Of a DNA stretch of 25,000 nt, positions 9,741 through 21,000 are shown piece after piece. The DNA is from Takakia lepidozioides (lineage: Eukaryota > Plantae > Bryophyta): NCBI GenBank assembly GCA_030704615.1, contig JAKLZA010000063.1, positions 1 through 25,000 on the forward strand, given 5' to 3'. The position numbers and the translations under genes are program-made. The notes under the pieces are model-generated. The model ran no database searches, was not told the DNA's origin, and saw only the letters and a program-made list of their open reading frames with translations. Position 1 is the first letter of the stretch; each line of letters begins with the position of its first letter.

Positions 9741-10756
9741 ATGCCTCCGAAATTGGACCCGTCCCAGGTGGTGGAGGTCTATGTGAGAGTCACAGGTGCG
9801 TTGGATCTTGACGCTTCTCTGTTTGAAGATCTCTATGTTAGGTCAGATTGGGTCGGGGGTCTTAAGGTTGCGGCAAACATATTCCGTGCTGTGCATTGTG
9901 TTTCTTCTTGTGGCAGTGTTGCATGGTGGATGAGAGTCCTGTGAAAGGGGGGCAATACATGAGGAGTCTTTCTAACGAATTTCTGAACAGGAGGGGAGGT
10001 GGGTGCGGCATCTTCGCTCGCCCCTAAAATTGGGCCCTTGGGGCTTTCCCCAAAGAAGATCGGAGAAGACATTGCTAAGGAGACTGCTAAAGACTGGAAG
10101 GGTCTGCGGGTGACAGTGAAGCTGACTGTACAAAATCGACAGGTTTGGCCCCCCTGCTCTCTTTCCATCTGTATACAACACTCTCCAGACAGAGGCTTCC
10201 CAGTTCGGGCAGAGCCGTTTACTGAGATTTCTGTAAGTAAACGGCTCTGCCCGAACGGAGAAGCCGTTTTACTCACAGAAGTTTATTTCATAGAATAGTA
10301 GTAATGCTGATGCATTCGGATTATCCATCAAAAGATCGTATGGAAGAAAACCAGGTACTTGAGTATGTACTTGTTTGTTAGATAATGATCCTGTTGTATC
10401 GTAGTTACATGAAGCTTCGACCGCATGAATTGCGCATCTGATAATGAATACATGCACTTGTGCAGGCTAAAGTCGCAGTTGTTCCAAGCGCAGCAGCTTT
10501 GGTAATCAAAGCCCTGAAAGAGCCAGAGAGGGATAGGAAAAAGGTGAAGAACATTAAGCACAGTGGAAACATTTCCTTAGATGATGTTATAGAGATCGCC
10601 AAGATCATGTCCCCCAGGTCTATGGCAAAACAGTTGTCAGGGACAGTGAAAGAGATTCTAGGCACTTGTGTGTCTGTGGGTTGCACCGTAGATGGAAAGA
10701 ATCCGAAGGACCTGCAAACAGAGATCGATGAGGGAGAGGTGGAAATTCCAGAGTAG
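9741..10756 (+). CDS. RPL12: 60S ribosomal protein L12 (uL11), 165 aa
   Basis: Exons 9741-9795, 9991-10142, 10466-10756, GT-AG, in phase. Protein [95 protein letters not shown]...[19 protein letters not shown]... Confidence 0.98.
10194..10280 (+). other. Intronic inverted-repeat structure: perfect 21-bp stem plus an alternative third arm
   Basis: 10203-10223 GTTCGGGCAGAGCCGTTTACT is the exact reverse complement of 10236-10256. Basal GGCTTC/GAAGCC (10194-10199/10260-10265). 10262-10280 is a near reverse complement of 10229-10246. Confidence 0.9.
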
Positions 10757-11582
10757 TTGACAAGGAGTGTTGTATTCTGTTTCTCTCAATTTTTCTGAGA
10801 AGCTTCAGTTAACTTAAAAAGGCATCTCTTGATTCTTTGGCAGAGTACAATGTGTGTGGTTCTTGTTTGTGTAAGCGAGATCCAGAGTACAAAGAAAATT
10901 GTTGAAATTCTGAATAGGCAAAACATGTGGATGTTCATGTCTTGGGCTGGCCGAATGTAGCAGATTTTCCTCATGGAAGCCAATATTGTCTGATGATGTG
11001 AGTTTAGCTTTCAGCCTCTATTCTCTGAGGTTGATTACTGCCATGCGGAAATTGTTTGGCTAGCTAGGTATTCATGTAATGTATGCTGCGCCGCCATAGT
11101 CTGCACTGCTGTGTTTGCGGAATTGTACATAGAAATGCTGCTTCGCTTGGTCATCTACAAGGAAGTGGAGAGAGTTGACGACATTTGCAAGCAAAACCTT
11201 GCAAGACAAGAAAAATAGAGGAAGAGAGGAAAAAGAGAAAGGAAGAAGAGTGATATTATGTCCGCCGGAATCCTGAAGAGCCCATGACATCCAGGGGAGG
11301 CCCGAAGAGCCCAAGGGGATGAAGACCACAGCAAAATTGAGATTTTTTAATGGGGGGGTGACAGACAATAGTTCGATTGGTGGTGCTGAAGGACTACACA
11401 TGGTCAAACGGTTGAAGTTGGGGTGAGATGTATGATAAACTCTTACACAGGAAAACATACTGCTTAGCATATGCAACATATGTAGGCAAAGGAAGGAAGA
11501 GGTTTGAAGTCCTTGTCCAATAAGCTGTAGAAAGTCTTGCTCACTTGCTCTCCACATCTGTACTACCTTCCATTCCTGCTCT

Positions 11583-11992
11583 TGCCCTCTGGTTTGGATA
11601 CTGCTATAAACACAGCCTGTGACTGCTCACCTGAAGCACTCCTGTCCTGGTGTTTTAGTAGATACAGCATACCTAGTCAAATTTGTACTTACTTTCTGCT
11701 GACATACCATTGTAGGAGTCATGGTCCTTATGCCGCATCAACGAGTTTGATAGAATATCTTCCGAGCATCAGGTAATGGGCCACACATGCCCTCTGGTTT
11801 GGATACTGCTATAAACACAGCCTGTGACTGCTCACCTGAAGCACTCCTGTCCTGGTGTTTTAGTAGATACAGCATACCTAGTCAAATTTGTACTTACTTT
11901 CTGCTGACATACCATTGTAGGAGTCATGGTCCTTATGCTGCATCAACGAGTTTGATAGAATGTCTTCCGAGCATCAGGTAATGGGCCACACA
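11583..11992. repeat. Tandem duplication, 2 x 205 bp
   Basis: Units 11583-11787 and 11788-11992 differ at two positions by eye (tgccgc/tgctgc, aatatc/aatgtc). TGC microhomology at the junction. Confidence 0.95.
11921..11977 (+). pseudogene. MCM8: Inverted MCM8 Walker B exon (second copy at 11716-11772)
   Basis: tgtag|GA GTC ATG GTC CT../TTA TGC TGC ATC AAC GAG TTT GAT AGA ATG TCT TCC GAG CAT CAG|gtaat reads GVMVL/LCCINEFDRMSSEHQ, matching MCM GAMVLADxGxCCIDEFDKM. Its phase continues the EAG end of the Walker A exon, but it lies on the opposite strand. Confidence 0.85.
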
Positions 11993-12877
11993 TGCATTCT
12001 TTTTGCAAACAACGCCTTTCTCCATGGTAACTGACAAATTAGGTGCGGGTTCAGCCTCTTTTCAATGAGACATGAGAACAGCACCTGCTTCACGTACATA
12101 ATCTCCACTCAGGACATCCTTGATAACTGCCACAGTGAGCGCAACACTGCTGGTAGTGTTTCCACCAACGTAAATGCCGCATGGTGCCACTGTGGCAGCA
12201 GCTTGTAGGATCTGACTCTTTCCAAACCAGGATCCCTGCTAACAATCAGGAATGCTCTTTGCATCAGGTAGCATTAGTTTCGCTCTTCTGACTCATTTCT
12301 TTTGTAGTCTAAGTACCTCTGCATTTTCCACACTGTTTTGGCTAATAAGACCCTGGGTTACAGCCAAAGTAGGACATAACCTTTCTTCACTGCCATGAAA
12401 GTTTGCTAAAGTGAAGGTTGAATACTCAATGTTGGATGTCAAGACTCTAAGAACCGATTTAGCACCATGCAAATATTAAGAACCAGTAAGTTGTGAATCA
12501 CAGCATCTTCCGTCAGCCTTATACAAGTCGACCAAGTAAGTACATACCAACAATAATCACATAGATGTCTCCTCTGACAGACACCTCGTCGTTGCGCATT
12601 GTGTCCTTGTACACCTCCAAACAGCACTGGAACGATACCTGCTACAGATAAAAAATACTGAGAGTCATGCATTGCTTGATGTACCAAATTCAGAAGCCAA
12701 TACAGTACGCAGACACCAGCATCATCAGGACTGATTCGAGATAACTCTACTTGCTTAATTTACTCAGTACAAGTGCCATACATTGGGGTAGAATTTGGGA
12801 AATATGATATTCCTGAGAGAAGCATTTTACCTTTCCCAAGTCCATGGCCACAAATTGAAGGACAAAATGCAATACAT

Positions 12878-13020
12878 CATTGGGCACACCGGAGGGAAAC
12901 GTCACCACCTAGACCAACCGGCCACGAAACAAAATCATACCACAGGACAGAGTAGCAGGATTGAACCCTGAACCACCTGGGTGACACATAGTGCACTTAT
13001 CCAACTGAGCTCCAGCCGCA
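12878..13020 (-). mobile_element. tRNA-derived SINE, copy lacking its 3' tail, with Pol III A- and B-box-like motifs
   Basis: Minus strand reads GCGGCTGGAGCTCAGTTGGATAAGTG...GGGTTCAATCCTG: A-box-like AGCTCAGTTGG (13011-13001) and B box GGTTCAATCC (12967-12958). Homologous to 9401-9537. Confidence 0.8.
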
Positions 13021-14201
13021 GGTATTTGTTGGTTTTTTATGCCTTTCAATTTTTAGGAATGATTGTTTTTTAGCCATAGTACGTGAATAGTATATTAAAA
13101 ATAATAATAAAAGTATAATCTTAAGAAGAAAATCTTCTAATCTGGCGGTGGATATGGCTGAATGTTTTTGAGGTAATAAATAACTTATCAGATGGGGTGG
13201 GTGGACACTAGATTCAACGGTCACTATTAGGGGGACTCAGGAAATGTGGGATATAAAAAAAGATTTTGTGGGCCAGGGTCTCATTTTCACAGCGTGTCGT
13301 TTTATCTCCCTTAAGGATATGAGCTGTGAAAGGTCCACAGGTTGTGCTGGCAGAGCTTAACTCAACAAGGAACCTGCTACTGCAACAAGCAGCTTGCCTG
13401 CATAGACCACCATCCTACTCCACGTGTGTCTTCTCTACACATTATGAATTCTAGTTTGATGGAAAACACGGATGTATAAGCCATGAGGTTACAAGTTAGA
13501 AAGCTCATATTAAGTATAAGGACAGGTACTGGAATAGGGCCATGGACAGGGGTATTCTTCTTGTGGCTCTTTGTCTGTCTTTTGAGGCAACGCCTTCCTT
13601 GGTTGTTTTTAGATTTCTGGGCTCCGTTGCTGCCTCATCTACTACTCTAATGGCTAAATCTCTTTCTCAAAAGGCTGCAACAAGATAGCCTTCACTCAGG
13701 TATCCTTCCAAAAAAGGAAGTAAAGAAAGGATCTATCTAATAATAGTTGCACACTGTAACCCAGTAGGTAGAGTGGATATATAAAGGAAGTTGTTGCGGG
13801 CATGGCTGCTGGGATCCAGCCTGGCTGAACCCTAGACATCCTCCAGCATGGCCCATTCTGTTTGATCAGGTGCATGCCATACCACGAACTAGTGAATAGT
13901 AAGGTGAATAATAATGTTTGCACACTGCGAGTAATCAACAAGAAATGAGTCTTTATCATTCATTCTTTATTGGCCACCCTAACCACATACAATGTCTCAG
14001 ATCCAAAATCAACAACAAAGGTCTAGCTTTGTAAGAGCCACTTATCTCTCACAAAGTAATCAGTCATCATCCCTAAATTCAATTGAATGTGACCAACATG
14101 AACAGTGTTGGTGCTTCTGGATACATTCATATGTGCCAAGGACTCCAAAGGTGAATCAACAAATTCGCTTTCACAAATGGACTGTATTATGATGAGAACC
14201 T

Positions 14202-16466
14202 CTACTGGCTGCAAAGGACACCAAGACTTTGCTTGACATCTGACTGGCCACGGAAAGGGCCCTCTTCCACCAAAATTTCTGTTGGCAAATTCTGCATACA
14301 AACAGAAGTGTCGAAGTTGTCAGAAGTGTCAGAGTTGTCAATAATCGATGTGGAAAATATACTGACGGTCGCGGCCACATTCAGCAATGGCCAACTAGTG
14401 CATTAGCGCCGTATGGCTGATCAGAAAGCATTTCACAAAGTGAAGAGTGAAGAAAGCCCTCATGTACAGGTGAGCGAGCTGCTATGACCTCCCTCAGGAG
14501 AGACACGTTTACTGAGCTGTACTAAACATGACGGTGATTCAGAATGGGTGGATGTATTATAGAAAACACCAGTGTCGTACTCTACTACGGATCCAGTCAG
14601 GTATTATGTTCAATACAATTGTTACCCCATGTTAATACCCCAGCTGTCAGTCACAGTGAGACAGCGGAATTATAAGAGCTAAAAGCTCACTTTCTGTATA
14701 AAAAAAAAAAAAAGTAGAATATGACTTCAAATTGATTTAACATTAACTTGAAAGCCTGAAATAATTTACGCTTACATGAAGGGGTTGGAACAAGTACCTG
14801 CAATTGCTGAGGAGTGAAATGAGGCACACCAACTTGAGCAACAGCAAGGCCACCAAAGTAGTTGCCCATTAGGACTGATTGGCCAACTGACAGTCCTTGA
14901 TACAACCCTGCTGCAAAGCCGGCCAGAAAACTGTCCCCCGCACCAGTTGGATCAACTTCTACTGCTGGAAATGCAGGGACTCTATACTCGTGGTCCTTCG
15001 AGTAGATACGGCTCCCATTCTTCCCTTCAGTCACGATAACACTAGTCTTTTGTCTCACAGTCTCTAAGTCAATGTAACAAGCCTCATTGCGGGCTGCCTT
15101 CAAAAACGAAATCCCATGGAGAAGATTGTAAAAGGGGGTCTCTTCCAAATTCCGTAGTCCCACAAGGCCTGTCTCTGGATCAATTGTTCGTATAAGGGCC
15201 TGCACACATTTTGGATAGAACACTTCACTCCAAATATTGTTGCACTCAATGTATGACATGCTTTACCATTGTGTAAATGGCAGTGCTTTCTTTCTGCTGG
15301 GAGAGCGCCTACTTCCTGCAAAGTGATCAACCCTATTCCTCGTATGTTGATAGGAGTATCACAAACCCCTACTTGTGGATGTCAGAAGAAGCATTTACCT
15401 GTACGTCAACAACAACATAGCGCGAAACCTCCACCATTCGCTCCAGAGTTTCAGGCAGAACCTCGCTTGCAATGCCCACTGCTAAGCCGAGTTCAAATTG
15501 AACGGCAGGAATGTCATGAGGCTGAATGGGCTCACAAATGTTGCCAGCCTTGAGGACCCTCTCCTCTCCCAATGTGAAGTCAGCAAAAAACTGGGTGGTC
15601 AATTGACCTTCAATAAAGTCAGGAGGGTGTGTTATCTCAGATGAATAAAGGAAGTCAGGCCCCACCTTGGATGCCACCTGCGCACAAACTATTGAGTCAG
15701 AATCGTGGCAATAAACAAGAATTTCCACATAAGAAGTGTAGCTTTTACAGCTTGGTGTTCAATCTAATCAAATTCCCGGGAAATCCTAAATATCTCCTTG
15801 GGGTGAAATGAGGTTGTGGTTCCTTCCAGTTGTCATATCTACCATCACTAGACGATTCCAGCTCCTTGACACTTTCCATTGATAACAGTTCACACATTTA
15901 CCGAGAGCAAGGCATCAGATGCCAAAAGTTTTTGGAAGGAAACTCACAGGAGCAACTGCACTAACAGTTGGTAACCCATCCTCACAATGCCAAAATGATT
16001 ACAGTAAGATGTTGGAAACAATGACTACCAAGATCCCTATCACGTCATCTAATGACAATCCATAAACAATTGGTGATACCAAACACCTTGTAGGAAGACA
16101 CCCATATTTTCCCTGAGTAATTTCTTCCCCACAAAATATTAAACCCTGACTTGTTTGATGCTCGTAGGGTGAGAAGGCACTGTTTAATATTTCAAGGAGG
16201 AGCTGCGTTCAAAAGCAGCTAACCTGACACTCCATCCCAAGAGCTCCAAATACATTGGTGATGTATGAGACCGACCCCCCCAAGCCTTCAACTTCTCTCC
16301 CGTCATGTAGGGTAAGTCGATCATGGCAGTAGTGGCCTACAACGAGTGCTGCACACTGGTCCCTTCTCCTGACGGAATGCCGGCGAAGGTATCGCCCATG
16401 AGAATCCGGCACCTGGGTTCTCTCATTGAAACCCACCTCATCCACCCATACAAGCGACTCCTTCAT
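14202..16466 (-). CDS. MIK: Myo-inositol kinase (inositol 3-kinase), pfkB carbohydrate kinase family, about 337 aa
   Basis: Exons 16466-16224, 15677-15399, 15199-14798 and a probable last exon 14291-14202, all phase 0 GT-AG. Motifs VVGHYCHD, LGGSVSYI, SKVGPDF, EVLPETLERMV, VDVQALIR, FLKA and the pfkB signature DPTGAGDSFLAG. Start codon and last exon are less certain. Confidence 0.9.
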
Positions 16467-18092
16467 TTTTCCAACAGAGAAACAGACAACAGAGAAGTTC
16501 GGTAAGAAAGACGTACTGAGCCTATGCCCTTGTGCACCTTAACCCCAGATACAATTTGGAAGAGGGCGAAGGGAAAGAAACAGGGGAGAAAGGTGAACAT
16601 GAGGGACAAAGATGGGCAACCGTAAGCTCGAAAGCCTTGCCCAAGTGATGTACTTGTCACTGGAATTTGTCATAACCTGACACACCGGATCCAGAGCATC
16701 TGTCGCACCTGGGCACATTCTTGTAAGCAAGATATGCATCCGAAGGGAAAACTGAACAAATCCAACTTGTCAAAGCAACTAAGCTGATTCACCCCCAAAA
16801 AACACATTTTTGCCTGTCGACATGGGCATTAAGCCTGATCCATGGCGAAAATTCGTGTCCCACTTTGCTGATTACAATTCAACTTCCCTCATACTAAAGT
16901 TGTGACTGCCGAATTGTGTCACAACATGAACCAAATCCTCGCTGCAACTCTTTCACTAACCCATACAATCCCTCCAAGATAAAAGTCTCCGCAATCTCAA
17001 GCATGTGGGAAAGCTTGAAGTCTACTGCCATCGCGCTGACAAAGTAGCGAAATCACTCACTTGAGAAGTTGAAAGATCAGGAGTAAAAGGAGAGGCGAGA
17101 GGACTCTGAGCGAAAGAATCACGAGCGCCTGCTTGCCCTAATCTCAACACATCCACGTGCAAATTCCGCACACGAGACCCTTGCTTACTTGCAAGATTAC
17201 GAAGGGGGGGCTTTGTCGGTGTTCCGTTTTGATGTACGGTGCTGGAATGAGTTTCCGTCCCCTTCCCCTCTGTCTCCCTCTCACTATCACTCCCCATCTC
17301 TTCTCTCCTTTCAAACAAGGCCGGGGCAAAGCCACAGAGACGCACTACTTCCAACCCACGCCACACACACAGACAGCAGCAAAGCCAAGCAATGCCTCTG
17401 CAGTGTGCTCTGCCACACTACCCTCCAAGCATTCCACCCACTACTCCTCCTGCCTGTCCGTCTCTCTGTCTGTCTACGCGAGCGCGTGAGAGAGAGACAG
17501 ACATCAAAGTCTTTGCAGGAAGGTCGGAACCAGGAACACGTCCTGCAGGAACACGATGAGGCCTAACCTTGGATGACCGTCCGACTCTTGCATCCATTGC
17601 AGCAGCATTCATCCCGATGCATCCACATTCTGGCCCTCCTGATTGAAGCCCGTGGATGGCTTCGCCAATCAATGAATCTACTAGTGTGTGAGAGCATGTG
17701 TGAGAATCCGACAGTATCCGAGGACGAACTTAGAAAACAATTTGCGAGATTCCTACCTTATGTTTGACAAACCACTTCAATAGTCAAAGGATTGACAACA
17801 TGTGACATTCAGGGATCAGTGAGCCAGTCAGGGGCCCACAGAGATGCAGATTCCAGGTGAAACTTGCACTGTAGACTTGTGATCACAGTGGCTGGAACCC
17901 TTCTTTCACTCTGCTTTCGTGTGATGAACGTGGGTTCATCTGGAGGTTACTCGAGACCAGCCACAGAATTTTGTAAGGGTGCATTATAAATTCAAGAGTT
18001 TAAATCCACCCCCCAGTAAGATTTTGAAGAATCAAAGGATGCCTCTACTTTAATTCATTGACATGAAAGTGGCCATCAGCCCCCGCGTTCCG

Positions 18093-21000
18093 TTACCGTC
18101 TTTTCTTTCGGACCGATCTTTGTGGTTGTTCAGCTTGGCCGCTGCTGCTGCCAGCATTGCCCTTGTCGCGCTTATGTTGGTACTTGAGGAAAATTTGATA
18201 TGAGAGCCCACCAAAGACCATTGCCACGCCCCCCCATTGCTGCAGGGACAAAGGATTATGGTTCCAAATCGATGACGCGAGGATGCTAAGGAACTTGCGC
18301 GTCGTGGTTATGGTTGTGTTCGTCAGAGCGCCGAAGCGGCTGATGGTCAGGAAGATGAAGTTCTGCCCTACGGCGCCACAGATGCAGAAGATGAGAATGT
18401 CCCAGGCAGCTTCAGGGTGATCTCGGCAAAAACGCAAGGCACCATACCCGCCCCCCCCTGGCCACCCAAACATGAAGAGAGACATGTAGGCGGAGCCCCA
18501 TAAGTTCATGCCCATCATGATGTGCCAGGCGTTGATCTTTGGGTGCCTGCAGCCAATAGTTGCCTCAATGGGATCAGTTTGCCAACCTGTGGGCCTAACA
18601 GCACCAGCTTTGTTCATCACAACATTGAGAAGCAATCGCACTGGAGTCCAGTAGCCCTAACCACACCTAATAACCTGGAGACATTCATCGTCACTGCTCT
18701 ATGGAGTCGGGACGACAAAAGAAGAATTTGAAACCCGTACTCCAGGTATACCATCTGCAGCGGTGCAGAGATTTGAACCGTGACTTCGCCCTTCATTTTC
18801 ATGTGGCATTGAAGCTGGTTCACATAGCCAACTTCAACACTATAGAGCTGACTTCTCTTGTAATCAGTACTTGCGTCCAATATCCTATGTTTTGTTGTTT
18901 GCAACCTTATAAGAATAGTGGATCAGCGGAAGATAAAAAAGCTTATGGGACATAAGCGAAAGAAAGTGGCGCCCTCAAAAAGAAATCCAAAACCAACTAT
19001 TATCAAGGAAAATAAACGATCTTAAACTGAAATACAAGGAAAAACATCACGCTCTCTTGAAAAGAGAGCTTGAGAGAGAGGATCTAAATTATGGAAGGAA
19101 CTTAAAGAACGAAAATGGTGGGAGAGAAGGAAAAAGGAAGATAGATCATCATACTTTTTAGTGAGGGAATCTTGTGTAGCATTGGTGAAGCCATCCAAGG
19201 CTAAGTTTGCTAAGCACAAAGAGTAGCCGAGGGGCGCATTAGGACTTGCTATTTTGCTTTCCTTTGATGAGCTCTGCACACGACACAACCAGCACTCAAA
19301 CAAAAATCCAGGAAAGGAACTGCAAAAACTAAGCAAAACCCTCTGCAAGTTAGTAATAGGGCTTACCTTGAATAGAGCAAATGCTGCGACCCCACCCGCA
19401 ACCAGAAATGTGCAGAGGTATTCCTGTATTGTGTAATGCACTCCATAGATTATGGCTCCCATTAACATAACTGCCATCCTCGATCCAGGGGCCGGACACA
19501 GTTAGATGAGTTCATTTTGAATATCTACCATGCTAATCGTTTTCAGTCAAATGCTCCAAGCTATGTGAAAAGTTAAAATTGGTTGCTCTCGGCAACCCCA
19601 TGACCCTCTGTCTCTCTTCTTTCTTACTTCTTGTGCCATAAGACCTGTGGACCTTATAAAGAACCAATTCATTTTTATTTTTTTTCATTTTATATCTCTC
19701 TTTTGGTTCCTTTTTATTTTTCTGAATGGGCTTTACATTTGCGTTATAGAGCAAGTTCTTTCTGTCTTTTCTTTATTGACGAGGACCTGATATTTTCTTG
19801 GCTCCAAGGAGATACAGAGGTGTGATTTATTCTGTTGCACAGTGAAAAAGCTATCAGATCATCATGTACAGTACCTTTCCTCGTCTGTATTTCAAAACAA
19901 CTTTGAGTAGCTGAGGTGAATACCTGGTATCATCTTGGAAGACTTTGCCAGCACCTGTTCATTTGCAGATCATGTAAACAGATTTAGTCACTCAGTTATG
20001 ACAAGATTGGCTTGAATTTATGGACTGTGACCTTTGGCATGCTCAAGCTGCAGTGTTATCAGACGTCCTGCCTAGCTAGACCTCACGACGGAAGAAATGC
20101 CTGCGAGGGACTTGCCTTGTGTACTTTTTGAGTACTTCAACTCTGTACTCTCTACACTCTGTTCAGCGTCTGTATTGCAACACCAAGTTTTTCGATGTAA
20201 AGGTTGCAAGCATCACTGATTTCAGGCCCTAGTACGTAGCAGCTATGTCAAGGACATACTATTCCATGCTCACCTAGTACAATCTGTCTAGAATATCAGT
20301 TATGCAACTCTGCCACTGAATCAGCTGCAACTGTTACTTTAAACAGGAGTAGGGAAGCTTGGAAAGTCTGCTATCTGACTGGAAGGAGTAAGCATTCAAC
20401 TGGGAATGTAAGAAACTAAACTAAGAACATACACACCTGAGCAGGGTAACTGATGTACTTCAAGGCTATGATGCCACAAGCGGGTCCAACGGTGTTAGAA
20501 ATGCTGGCTGCCCAGTATGCTAGGATTGGTGCATCTGCACCTTTCTCTGTCGGCCATATCCGTAGCACTGCTCTCAAGAAATCCACCACAGAGAGCCGAC
20601 ACATACAGCTGAAGATCAGAGCAGCTCCAGCTCACTTTTCATTCTACTGTTTCTCTTTGTTTGTTTCTACTCTTTTATTAGTGAGCTGTTTATTCTACTG
20701 TTTCTCTTTGTTTGTTTCTCACTTTCTTATTAGTTCTTTTGGGCTTCCTGTAAACTTTAGAAAAATCCTTTCGTTCTTCCTTTATTTTTGTTTAACCAAG
20801 AACAGGTAAAGACCATAGAACAAGCTTCATAAACCAGAACCCTTGATGACACCAGGGGCAAGGCAAGAAATGCTCTATGTATTTCACTGAGCTAAGTTCT
20901 TTCATTCCTATGCATTCTGTTCCCATAAGCTCTTTGGGTCTTCCTGTGGACATCCTTGCTTTGCTCTCTCTTTCTTCCCTCCTTTCTTTAACCGGGCTAG

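Larger units (their letters stand above)
11080..12877 (-). pseudogene. MCM8: MCM8-like helicase pseudogene (unprocessed, frameshifted, internally rearranged)
   Basis: Minus-strand exon relics: ~12877-12831 (AFCPSICGHGLGK), 12641-12548 (AGIVPVLFGGVQGH..VRGDIYVIIVG), 12235-12085 ([50 protein letters not shown], Walker A with 1-nt deletion), ~11646-11447 (LDKDFKPLP/YVAYAKQYVF), ~11154-11080 (MTK/QHFYVQFRKHSSAD). Most splice sites are retained. MCM family is clear; MCM8 specifically is from recalled sequence. Confidence 0.85.

Noticed and set aside
9796-9990. Possible snoRNA in RPL12 intron 1
   Set aside because: ACA is present near 9957 but there is no H box and stems are weak and G-U rich; no C/D pair.
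10385-10441. C/D-like ATGATC...CTGA in RPL12 intron 2
   Set aside because: C box deviates from RUGAUGA and I could not recognise an rRNA-complementary guide.
10991-11028. TGATGA...CTGA downstream of the RPL12 stop
   Set aside because: Under 40 nt, too short for a C/D snoRNA.
11537-11981. Duplicated + strand ORFs (PSGLDTAINTACDCSPE...)
   Set aside because: Chance frames created by the 205-bp duplication; the real coding signal is the MCM8 relic in other frames.
16540-17770. Many short overlapping ORFs between MIK and the transporter
   Set aside because: No recognisable motifs; composition fits promoter, 5' UTR and UTR intron of MIK (donor-like GTGAGT near 17060 on minus).
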